Virus record (IMG/VR): IMGVR_UViG_3300033074_000977
Span: 1-64,000 of that record
Strand: one strand, 5' to 3'
Length of the DNA stretch: 64,000 nucleotides
Origin: a virus
Taxonomy: Duplodnaviria; Caudoviricetes
Positions within the stretch are counted from its first letter, which is position 1. Every line of letters starts with the position of its first letter. Shown piece after piece: positions 7,608-15,737 of the stretch. The notes under the pieces were generated by a model, which saw nothing but the letters and a program-made list of their open reading frames with translations, searched no databases and was not told the DNA's origin. The position numbers and the translations under genes were made by a program.

Positions 7608-8576
7608 ATGTGTGTAATTATTCATAAACCAGCCGGGATCCAACTCGGCAAGAACAGTTCCGACCTCCTGCGCATCCTGCAAGATGCCGCTGCCATGAAC
7701 CGTGACGGGTTTGGCATCCAAGCCTGGGATAAGCGGGAAGGTAGCGGCAGGCTAGTCACCAACTGGAAACACGCTACTGACCAAGCGAAAATCTTAGAAG
7801 TAGCCTACACCAACCTTGACCGGATTGACTTAGAAGTAGTCGCGCACTGGCGTTTGGCTACGCACGGCGAGATCATCGAAGCTAACTGTCATCCGTTTCC
7901 GATTAACAGCAAGCTGAGCTTCTTCCATAATGGCGTGCTGAGTGGGTTTGGCAGCACGGTGAAAGGTGCGGAGAAATCCGATACCTTGGATTTCGTGGAG
8001 TCGGTATTACGTCCGCAGTTTGGTAGATGGCGCAGTAAGCCTAGTGAATGGCATAGCAAGCTGTTAGCTAAGTACGCGCAGGGGCAGCGGTTTGCCGTGA
8101 CAAATCATCGCGGTGAGGTGTGGCGGTTCGGGAGTTGGGTGGAGCAGGATGGTGTGTGGTATAGCAATGATTGGTTGCTGGGAGATACGTACAGCTATGT
8201 CAAAGGCTGGAGGCGACGGGATTGGCGGGATGAGCTGGATTACCTGGATGCTGCGGCAGCTGATTATGATGAGGATATGGAGGATGAGCTGGAATGGGAT
8301 AGTGAGCTGCATGAGTACGTGCCGGTAAAGTCCGTGCGTTGTGAGTGTTTTGGGGATATTTGTGGCGGGGAGCATGATTTGGTGTATGGCTGTCAGCGCC
8401 GCTCGAAGTATGAGGTTACGTTAACGGGCTGGAATGGGGATAAATATCGTAGCTACAGTTGTGCGGAATGCGCATGGCTGGGTGGGGTGGAAGGGGTGAG
8501 TGCGCCGACACAGCTATCGGGGCGCACAATTAAAGAGTCTGGTGAAGAAGTGGAGGTGATTTATGCCAGAAGTTGA
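7608..8576 (+). CDS. class II (Ntn) glutamine amidotransferase
   Basis: ATG 7608 gives N-terminal MC; motifs N.DGFG, HWRLATHG, NCHPF, HNG, SDT. Confidence 0.85.
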   Translation: MCVIIHKPAGIQLGKNSSDLLRILQDAAAMNRDGFGIQAWDKREGSGRLVTNWKHATDQAKILEVAYTNLDRIDLEVVAHWRLATHGEIIEANCHPFPINSKLSFFHNGVLSGFGSTVKGAEKSDTLDFVESVLRPQFGRWRSKPSEWHSKLLAKYAQGQRFAVTNHRGEVWRFGSWVEQDGVWYSNDWLLGDTYSYVKGWRRRDWRDELDYLDAAAADYDEDMEDELEWDSELHEYVPVKSVRCECFGDICGGEHDLVYGCQRRSKYEVTLTGWNGDKYRSYSCAECAWLGGVEGVSAPTQLSGRTIKESGEEVEVIYARS

Positions 8577-9258
8577 GCTTGAAGGTAAACTGATGACCTA
8601 CGAACAATACATCACCAAACATAACCTCCACCTGGATCTCACCTGGAAAGGCTTTGAGGTTGAACCTGCTACGGGCAAAGGTGCAGTAGGAAGTGAGTGG
8701 CCGTGTTTCAAATGGATCTATGAAGTACGCCGACAAACCCAGCATAGTAGCTCGTTGACTCTGCGCGGGGATTACACCCAAGGCATCGGACACGCACATA
8801 CAGATAAAGATTTGTACGCTAATGGAAAGCTGGATTATGACCCCAAAGTCGGGTTGTACTTCAGACTGCCACCCAGTCACCGTTGCTACTCAGTAGTATC
8901 TCAAGGGATGGAGTCACCTATCACAGAACAGCAAGCGTGCAGAGACGGTCGTTTGAAAGCTCGCACAGCTGAAGAATGCCGCCCGTGGTTTAAGTTTGAG
9001 GATCCAGATAGCCGGTTCCGAGGCCCGCAATACTTCGTTACCCGCCCTACCTTCCCCGATATATTAGATAGCTTACGCTCCGACGTCGAATGTGCTTACC
9101 CTACGTTCGAGGAGTTTGCTGCTGAGTTAGGTTATGCACCAGACAGCCGCTCCGCTGAAAAGATCTACCTAGCCTGCTGTGTCATAGAACGTAAGCTGCG
9201 TGGATTGGTAGGTGGGAAAGGGATGGTGGAGTTGTTGGAGGAGGTTGAGCGGCTATGA
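8563..9258 (+). CDS. hypothetical protein
   Basis: ORF overlapping upstream stop; C-terminal FEEFAAELGY..DSRSAEKIY segment typical of small phage proteins. Confidence 0.75.
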   Translation: MPEVELEGKLMTYEQYITKHNLHLDLTWKGFEVEPATGKGAVGSEWPCFKWIYEVRRQTQHSSSLTLRGDYTQGIGHAHTDKDLYANGKLDYDPKVGLYFRLPPSHRCYSVVSQGMESPITEQQACRDGRLKARTAEECRPWFKFEDPDSRFRGPQYFVTRPTFPDILDSLRSDVECAYPTFEEFAAELGYAPDSRSAEKIYLACCVIERKLRGLVGGKGMVELLEEVERL

Positions 9259-9461
9259 GCAAGGATCAACTACATAAGGAATACATAGTTACAGATGACG
9301 GTCGAATCGACTTGCGTTGCAGCAGTTGTTCAAAGTTCAAGGAAAGTGTGCGCTGGTATAGGCGCTTGGTCAGCCTGGTTCCAGTTAAGCTTGCGCACGA
9401 GAAATTTTGCAAGAAGTGTGTTGACCGGCTTAAAGCGGCTGGTGAAGATTGGAGGTTATAG
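9255..9461 (+). CDS. hypothetical protein with CxxC pairs
   Basis: ATGA overlap with upstream gene. Confidence 0.6.
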   Translation: MSKDQLHKEYIVTDDGRIDLRCSSCSKFKESVRWYRRLVSLVPVKLAHEKFCKKCVDRLKAAGEDWRL

Positions 9462-9486
9462 TAGAGCGGAAAGGAGCTAAAGAATT

Positions 9487-9795
9487 ATGCCAACCCATAA
9501 ATTCCAAGTCGGTGATTTGGTTAGGATCCGGGCGGATGTAACTGAAGAGGAGCTATGGCACTACAGCTTGAGCCAGTACGTCCCTCGTCAGGGCATCATA
9601 GAACTCGTCCGGGATTATGACGACTTAACTGAAGAAACTGGCTGGGGATACTTAAAACCTACGCCCTACGTAATAAACGGCTGGGTCTACCCTGAACACA
9701 TCTTGGAACATGCGTGCTTGAATTGGCAGCTGCATCGGGAGTTGCGGAGAGTGGCGGCTGGGTCAGCTACGACAATAACTGAGGAGGTATATTAA
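9487..9795 (+). CDS. hypothetical protein (SH3/KOW-like start KFQVGDLVRI)
   Basis: AAGGAG SD; N-terminal motif. Confidence 0.7.
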   Translation: MPTHKFQVGDLVRIRADVTEEELWHYSLSQYVPRQGIIELVRDYDDLTEETGWGYLKPTPYVINGWVYPEHILEHACLNWQLHRELRRVAAGSATTITEEVY

Positions 9796-9797
9796 CG

Positions 9798-10013
9798 ATG
9801 CCCAGACAAGCTAAACCAACCCCAAGCGCAACTACAACCACAGTCTACGTGTTGCGTAACAAATACATTGTAATGATCGAAGCTGTTACTACCGATAAAG
9901 TAGTAGCAGCCGCGTGGGAGCAGTCTGACGATTACCGATATAGCGTGCCATTGATAGTGGATGACCCTGCCGCGTTGAAAGCTGTTAAACAACTCATCAA
10001 GGAGGCTAAGTAG
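9798..10013 (+). CDS. hypothetical protein
   Basis: GAGGAGG SD; begins MPRQAK. Confidence 0.7.
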   Translation: MPRQAKPTPSATTTTVYVLRNKYIVMIEAVTTDKVVAAAWEQSDDYRYSVPLIVDDPAALKAVKQLIKEAK

Positions 10014-10015
10014 CT

Positions 10016-10426
10016 ATGCCCAGACAAGCTAAACAGTTCATCCCGTGGTCGCAGCGGCAGCTATTACCCAGCGAGGAAGATCTACGTGTACTCGCAGCTT
10101 CTTTGTTACAGGACTGTCCCAGATTACTGGCAATCCCCGTCCCTACTACAGCACGCGTGCAGTGGTATTATAACGGGCCGCTGCAACTGGAGGCACTTTC
10201 ACCGACCATTCACGCCCTACTATACGGTCGCCAACTTAAATCCGCCCCCCTGCACCCAGGTCGTACTGACACTTGGCACCGAGGTTTGCAGCTTGCTACC
10301 GACGTAGACTTCACGGATCCCGGTTGTGCTGTGTGGTGGGAGAGGGAGTTAGCCGCGTGTGCAAGGACAGTGGGTGTGGAGTTACGAGTTCGAGTTCAAA
10401 TCGTAAACTTAACTAAAGGAGAATAA
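10016..10426 (+). CDS. hypothetical protein
   Basis: AAGGAGG SD; also begins MPRQAK. Confidence 0.7.
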   Translation: MPRQAKQFIPWSQRQLLPSEEDLRVLAASLLQDCPRLLAIPVPTTARVQWYYNGPLQLEALSPTIHALLYGRQLKSAPLHPGRTDTWHRGLQLATDVDFTDPGCAVWWERELAACARTVGVELRVRVQIVNLTKGE

Positions 10427-10432
10427 CTATCT

Positions 10433-10594
10433 ATGCGCTACATCCCTAAAACCCTTCCCACCATGCCAGCCGGTCAATGGGCTGTTTGGGACACTAAATT
10501 TGAACGCTGGCTGGTCTACGGAGGTGAGCCACCTATTCCAACCAACACCTGGGAGGTAATTAACCAGCGGTGTCAGGAGTTAAATAAAGGATAA
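10433..10594 (+). CDS. small hypothetical protein (53 aa)
   Basis: Hand-translated; AAGGAG SD. Confidence 0.55.
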   Translation: MRYIPKTLPTMPAGQWAVWDTKFERWLVYGGEPPIPTNTWEVINQRCQELNKG

Positions 10595-10596
10595 CT

Positions 10597-11034
10597 ATGG
10601 ACTACAAAGATGCTTTAATTGCAGCCGGTGCCGAAGTACTGGCTTACGAAACTTTCGGCAGCTACCAGGGTGACTGGTGGGCGAAGGTTAACTACGAAGG
10701 CAAACAGTTCTGGGTTAGGGGATCATATGGTTCATGCTCAGGGTGTGATGCATTGCAACATGACTTTGGTTGGAGGCTATCAGCTGGCTGTGAAGATCAT
10801 GAATACACCTACGATGACAAAACCATTGCGGCGTGTTCAGCTTGTCAGGCAGTGTTAGCGGACAACGAGGGCAAGTTTGCAGCCTTTGGCAAGGGTTACT
10901 TAACCGACGAAATCTATGACCAAGCAGGCGCGGAGGCGAAGGCTGCTGAGAACCTGGATTGGGATCAAGATGCCCGCCAGATGTGGGACTTTTTGCGTAC
11001 AAATTCCATTGACAGCCTGCCCGTCATCAAGTAA
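10597..11034 (+). CDS. hypothetical protein
   Basis: SYQGDW and YGSCSGCD motifs seen in small phage proteins. Confidence 0.75.
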   Translation: MDYKDALIAAGAEVLAYETFGSYQGDWWAKVNYEGKQFWVRGSYGSCSGCDALQHDFGWRLSAGCEDHEYTYDDKTIAACSACQAVLADNEGKFAAFGKGYLTDEIYDQAGAEAKAAENLDWDQDARQMWDFLRTNSIDSLPVIK

Positions 11035-11037
11035 ACT
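11009..11037 (+). promoter_or_regulatory. sigma70-type promoter upstream of parB-like gene
   Basis: TTGACA, 17 nt, TAAACT; operator TGACAG-N5-CCGTCA at 11010-11026, inside the 3' end of the upstream CDS. Confidence 0.7.
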
Positions 11038-11114
11038 GCATCCCGTGAAATCAAACTAACTGGTTCAACCGTCTAGGTAAACCAATTCAACTTTAACAAC
11101 TTAAACGAGGTCAT

Positions 11115-12095
11115 ATGGAAACTGCAACTGCAACCGCGCCTGTGAAACAAACCTACATCCCAGGCCGCGAATACACCTACTCCGCCGACGATCTACTCAT
11201 CCCCGAGAAAGGGGATCCGCTGTTCATCGAAGGCCGTACCAACTCCAACGAGGGGGTAGATAAACTCGAAGCTTCAATGAAAGATCAAGGCTGGGGGAAT
11301 ATCCCACCGGTGTTGGTGATTGAAGTCCAGCCCGGTCAATTCAAAGTCGTGGCCGGGATCCGCCGCACGAAAGCCGCGCGCAAAACCAACACCCCCGCAC
11401 AGATTCGTGTGCTGGATCCGGGTATGCCGGTGACTGAGCAATTGTCGCTCAACATCGAGGAAAACGAAAATCGGACAGACACCAATGCCATTGCTAAGGC
11501 GCACAGCTTTCAAAGCTTTGTCACCGAATACGTCAAGCAGGTACTTACTGAGGAGTTCCCGGACGCTACCGAATACACCGCGAAGGCCATTGCGAAAGCC
11601 ACTGTCCAGGCCAAGAAAGTCTTAGGTCTGCGGCTGAAGCTCACCGCTCAAACCGTGGATGAATATCTCCAGTTGGTGAATCTTATCCCCGCCGCCCGTA
11701 AAGCTGTCGCAGAAGGTACACTAACCCGCACCGCAGTGATCGACCGTGGCGCGGGGTTGACCCGGATGCTCAAGGAGGATGGTACACCGGATGTGGAGAA
11801 GCAAACCGCTGCGTTGGAGAAGCTGATGAAGCATAGCGAGGCTGCGGGGGGTAAGACTGTGAGCCGTGCGGCTGCTAAGCAAGCTGCCACCACCGAAGCA
11901 GTTGGTTACAAACCATCCGCCTGGGAGATTCGTCAAATGACTGTCAACATGGAAGAAGCTGGTGAGTATGCTGAACAGCTGGCATTGATCAACTTCCTGC
12001 GTGGTGATCTGACGCTGCGCACTGCGAAGAAGCGGTTGCCCTGGTTGAAGGATGTGTTCGTGGCGAAGGCGGGGCCGGGGGCGGCGGAGGAGTAA
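11115..12095 (+). CDS. parB: ParB/Srx-like N-terminal domain protein
   Basis: LEASMKDQG...PPVLV...VVAGIRRTKAA...NIEENENR, then helical/HTH-like region. Confidence 0.75.
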   Translation: METATATAPVKQTYIPGREYTYSADDLLIPEKGDPLFIEGRTNSNEGVDKLEASMKDQGWGNIPPVLVIEVQPGQFKVVAGIRRTKAARKTNTPAQIRVLDPGMPVTEQLSLNIEENENRTDTNAIAKAHSFQSFVTEYVKQVLTEEFPDATEYTAKAIAKATVQAKKVLGLRLKLTAQTVDEYLQLVNLIPAARKAVAEGTLTRTAVIDRGAGLTRMLKEDGTPDVEKQTAALEKLMKHSEAAGGKTVSRAAAKQAATTEAVGYKPSAWEIRQMTVNMEEAGEYAEQLALINFLRGDLTLRTAKKRLPWLKDVFVAKAGPGAAEE

Positions 12096-12271
12096 CCGGT
12101 GGAAGATGCGGATATACTGTTAACAATCATAGCCTGTGTAGTGGTATTAGTAATCGGTAGCTGGCTGGTCAGAGTCACCTCCGATAAATCCACCCGGTTG
12201 CGTTGAGCTAAGTTAAGCTAAGTTGAGCTAAGCAGCTGCCGAAACCGTGCCCCTCCCAGCTGCTAACTGCC

Positions 12272-12335
12272 CGGGAGTCAGTACCTTACGCACCAGCTAG
12301 GCAACTGTGGTAAGGTCGTGTTAAACTGGCTCCCG
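12272..12335 (+). other. long bulged RNA hairpin
   Basis: 12272-12282/12325-12335 and 12283-12289/12310-12316 pair; one-sided 8-nt bulge. Confidence 0.55.
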
Positions 12336-12390
12336 TTGCAACGATGTGTGACTAACGAAGTTAATTAACTAACCAAGGAGATAAAACACA

Positions 12391-12570
12391 ATGCCCAAAT
12401 ACAACGTAAGTTTGACCAATGTGAAACCCGGTAAAGATGGCAAGTTGCCCGAGCCGGTAGTGATCGAAGCTCCCGACGCGCCTGCTGCTAAGGCTAAAGC
12501 GATTGCCCAGCTGAAGCCGGAAGTGAGTCAGGATGTGGAGGTGGTTGAAGTGGTCGAAGCTACGGCCTAG
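12391..12570 (+). CDS. small hypothetical protein (59 aa)
   Basis: AAGGAG SD; hand-translated. Confidence 0.65.
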   Translation: MPKYNVSLTNVKPGKDGKLPEPVVIEAPDAPAAKAKAIAQLKPEVSQDVEVVEVVEATA

Positions 12571-12585
12571 ACTTATCCACTGTGT

Positions 12586-12658
12586 AGGAGCGTCGGTTAA
12601 TTGGCTAAACCCCTGGATTCCAAACCCAGTACTCAGAGTTCGAGTCTCTGCGCTCCTG
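12586..12658 (+). tRNA. trnW: tRNA-Trp (CCA)
   Basis: Acceptor AGGAGCG/CGCTCCT; D-stem GGTT/AACC; loop TT-CCA-AA (anticodon 12620-12622); T-arm CAGAG-TTCGAGT-CTCTG; discriminator G; CCA tail not encoded. Confidence 0.9.
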
Positions 12659-12663
12659 TTGGT

Positions 12664-12793
12664 AGGGCAATGGCGGAACTGGTAGACGCGCAGGATAATA
12701 CAGGAAAGCGGGAAGCTGTCTAGTTAGTTAATAGCTAACTAGGCGGGCCAGATAAAACTCTTCCCATTGTGGGTTCAAATCCCACTTGCCCTG
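12664..12793 (+). tRNA. tRNA-like element (130 nt) with no canonical anticodon arm and a large internal insert
   Basis: Acceptor AGGGCAA/TTGCCCT; Leu-type D-arm TGGCGGAACTGGTAGACGC; T-arm GTGGG-TTCAAAT-CCCAC; between them 78 nt with GGGAAG/CTTCCC and CTAGTTAG/CTAACTAG helices. Confidence 0.7.
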
Positions 12794-12795
12794 TT

Positions 12796-13445
12796 AACCC
12801 CACCCAAGCTCTTTAACATAGTTATCCTTATCAACCCCATCCGGGGCAACCCATTGGGGGAGTGATAGCTTACTTAACGGGCGGGAAAACAACAACGTCA
12901 ACAACAATCATTCGCTGGAACTCTGACCAACCGATAAGCATCCTAGGGTGACAGCACACGAGTTTGATTGTGGGGTGGGGTTATTCGATTATGGCAGCTA
13001 TAACCTAGCTAGGTAGTGGTAGTCATGACACCGCTAAAGCTGCCACCAACATTAGCAGCACGTTCGCTATACTGCTAATCATAGACCCAGGGTAGCTAGT
13101 TAAACCTTGTTATACCCCGCGTATCTATGTAGCTCTTTGTCTTGTAGGATTTACACAGCAAGCTTTAAGGTACTTAACCAATCAGCGTAATCAACTTGAC
13201 TGATGCAGAAACCGTAGCGTCTGGTGAAATTGAATTGTCTTGAGGAAGTTGTTCAACGATAGCCAGCTGCCACAGTAGAATGCTGACGTGCAAGGGTCGT
13301 CAATTTGGAGTAGATAGAGGATTAGTATTGATTACATTGATTGGTGTGACGGTACTCGGACGCTTACTATAATTATCTTCAAGACGTTTGTGCGAACCCC
13401 TGGATCTAACTCCGGCTGATTGTTACTAAATCAGGTTTACTTTAC
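12796..13445 (+). ncRNA. candidate structured ncRNA region (one or two RNAs)
   Basis: No ORF over 60 aa; helices 12796-12804/12974-12982, 13051-13058/13072-13079, 13080-13085/13124-13129 and 17-bp 13178-13194/13328-13344; weak terminator-like stem 13416-13434. Confidence 0.55.
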
Positions 13446-13539
13446 CTGTCTTACTGGTTTAGCGAACAGCGGACATTGAAGTTGGCTCCGGGGGTTATTT
13501 ACCCGGCTACCTAACTTACCTAACTTACCGAACTTGCCA

Positions 13540-13785
13540 ATGGCAACACCTAACCATAACTCCAACGCAAAGTTAATCCAGCAGCTTCGTGCAGTAAAAC
13601 CTGTCCGTCCAGTCAAACCTTCCATTCCAGCTATCCACTGCCCAGAATGCGGTGAGCATATTGCGGGTAAGTTGGCCAAGCTGTATGTACCCGAGCTGAT
13701 TAAACTCGGTCGGATGCTGGTGCGGAAGGTTAACAAGGCCAACAAAACGGCGGCGGCGGCGGCGAATGGTGACGGGGGTGGGTAG
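13540..13785 (+). CDS. small hypothetical protein with CPEC zinc knuckle
   Basis: ATG 13540 in frame with ORF 13534..13785. Confidence 0.55.
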   Translation: MATPNHNSNAKLIQQLRAVKPVRPVKPSIPAIHCPECGEHIAGKLAKLYVPELIKLGRMLVRKVNKANKTAAAAANGDGGG

Positions 13786-13885
13786 CCTGATCACAGGATC
13801 CAGGGATCCGTTTATCTCCCCATACCCCTGGCAGCTTAGCTCAAAGCTTATACCCTAATCGTCTCACAAGATAAGGATATGAACA

Positions 13886-15517
13886 GTGGCGATGATAACT
13901 TTTGATGCACATGCACAGAACTCTTCCATAGTAACTCAGGAGGTTGAAGGAAATGACAGCAATGGCAGTAATAGCTATAGTGACAATCTTAATGGGGGTA
14001 TTGGCTGTACTAGCGCTTGTAGCAATGCAGCTACAATACTTGGCGAATATCCTAGCGAGCCGGATAGATCTAGTGAACATCAACCTGGATCTGATCCACA
14101 ACGCCCAGGAACGGCAGTTGTTGGAATTCAAGCAGTGGAACGAAACCCTGGAGGGGATCAACCAGGGCTATCCATCCTCTCCCCCGCCACCCTCGCAGCC
14201 CAACGCTTAATCGCCCAGATCCACCACCTCGCCGACCAGTACTGGGAAGAACCTGACCACGAAGCCTTAAACGTAGTACTAGCCTTCATCGCCAGCTACT
14301 TCCTGCACGAACGCAACCCCTTATGGTTACACATCGTAGGCGAATCCAGCAGCGGTAAAACCGAACTCGGTATGGCACCGGTCGCGCTGGACTATGCCGA
14401 ATTCCACCACCTTGATGATCTCACCTCCAACACCTTACTATCCGGCCTCACCAAAGGTAAAGATTCCGGTAAACGCAACAGCTTCCTGCACCGGGTAGGG
14501 ATCTTCGGCTTAGTCTACCAGGAGGACTTCACTACCTTCCTCGAAAAAGACGAGCGGATGGTCGGTGCAGTGGCAGGGCAGTTACGTAAAGTCTACGACG
14601 GTCAGCTTACCAAGGAAACCGGCGTGGAGACTCGTGACGGTAACGGTGGCTGGCAAGGTAGGATAAGTTGGATCACAGCTATGACCCCGGGCGCTGAACG
14701 GAAATGGGTGCGCCATAACCCAATGGGTGAGCGGTTCAGTATCGTGCGCTGGCGGGCCGCGCGGAATCACGAGGCCGTAAGTAAGAAGGTATTACTCCAG
14801 TCAGCGGTTGAAGCCAAGCTCACCTACCTAGACGCTGATAAACAAATGAACCAGCAGATCGCTGGCCCCAGGAAATGGATCGGTTGGCTGACGCAGATGC
14901 TGATAGAAGGTGAGCGATATGCTGGGCAGCTACCTGGGAATGGGATTAACGAGGGGTTATTACGAGAGCTGGTGAATCAACTGCAAGGGTTGGATTTAAC
15001 TCCGAAGCCGGATAGCCCTAGTGAACGGCTGGTGTATGACGGTGGATTGTACGCGCTGGCTGAGGTGGTAACGCAGCTGCGCACGATACCTAACCGTCCA
15101 GACGGCAGGAATATAGGTCAAGTGTTGGATAGGGAAAGCTCCGGTAGGTTGCAGCACCAGCTGATTAAGGTCGCCCGCGGGTGGGCCTACTTACACAGGC
15201 GCGAGGTAGAGGCTGCGGATATGCGGCTGGTGCAGCGAGTCGCTGAGGACAGCATACCGATCAGTAAGAAACCTATCGTGGATGCGCTGTATAAAGCGGG
15301 CCGGTCGGGTATGTGGATGGATGTGGATAGTTTGCGGCAGGAAGCTGGGTATCAGACTCAAGCGGCGCTGGTGTGGCAGTTGCAGGAATTGCTGGCGGTG
15401 GGGGTAGTGATGACCAGTGATGGGGATATACAGCGGAACTGGGAGAATCCTTACACGGAATGGAAATTAACTGAGCAGTTCGAGGAACTGTGGAGGAAAG
15501 GGGGATTGGGGAAGTAA
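13886..15517 (+). CDS. P-loop/AAA+ ATPase, probable replicative helicase (MCM/SF3-like)
   Basis: Walker A GESSSGKT; Walker B-like YQEDF; sensor/Arg-finger-like MGERF; low-complexity acidic N-terminus. Confidence 0.7.
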   Translation: MAMITFDAHAQNSSIVTQEVEGNDSNGSNSYSDNLNGGIGCTSACSNAATILGEYPSEPDRSSEHQPGSDPQRPGTAVVGIQAVERNPGGDQPGLSILSPATLAAQRLIAQIHHLADQYWEEPDHEALNVVLAFIASYFLHERNPLWLHIVGESSSGKTELGMAPVALDYAEFHHLDDLTSNTLLSGLTKGKDSGKRNSFLHRVGIFGLVYQEDFTTFLEKDERMVGAVAGQLRKVYDGQLTKETGVETRDGNGGWQGRISWITAMTPGAERKWVRHNPMGERFSIVRWRAARNHEAVSKKVLLQSAVEAKLTYLDADKQMNQQIAGPRKWIGWLTQMLIEGERYAGQLPGNGINEGLLRELVNQLQGLDLTPKPDSPSERLVYDGGLYALAEVVTQLRTIPNRPDGRNIGQVLDRESSGRLQHQLIKVARGWAYLHRREVEAADMRLVQRVAEDSIPISKKPIVDALYKAGRSGMWMDVDSLRQEAGYQTQAALVWQLQELLAVGVVMTSDGDIQRNWENPYTEWKLTEQFEELWRKGGLGK

Positions 15518-15729
15518 TGGATATTTATAAATTGTGTAAGTGTCTCTGGGCAGTGGCTACGTTTTTAGTAATCTATGGTATGTACGGTACCTTAGCACAG
15601 GGTTATCCGTTATCCACGAAGTTGATTGATCTGCCTGCGGATCTGGGGCTGGCTCTAGCGATTTCAATAGGGCTGAATACGATAGTCGTGATAACCTTGT
15701 CGCTGCATGGTATGGGAAGCGACGACTAA
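15517..15729 (+). CDS. small two-TM membrane protein
   Basis: ATG overlapping upstream stop; two hydrophobic segments. Confidence 0.6.
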   Translation: MDIYKLCKCLWAVATFLVIYGMYGTLAQGYPLSTKLIDLPADLGLALAISIGLNTIVVITLSLHGMGSDD

Positions 15730-15737
15730 TTTCTCAA

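Noticed and set aside
5587-8576. PurZ-type 2-aminoadenine pathway
   Set aside because: The ligase has amidoligase motifs, not adenylosuccinate synthetase motifs, and no dATPase or MazZ-like gene was recognised
12664-12985. Canonical tmRNA (ssrA)
   Set aside because: No G3-U70 Ala identity pair, a full D-stem is present, no encoded CCA, and the tag-like frame lacks the terminal LAA; kept only as a speculative analogy
13245-13262. Group I intron R element (GTTCAACGA...)
   Set aside because: Only a partial match; no matching S/P7 partner or interrupted gene found
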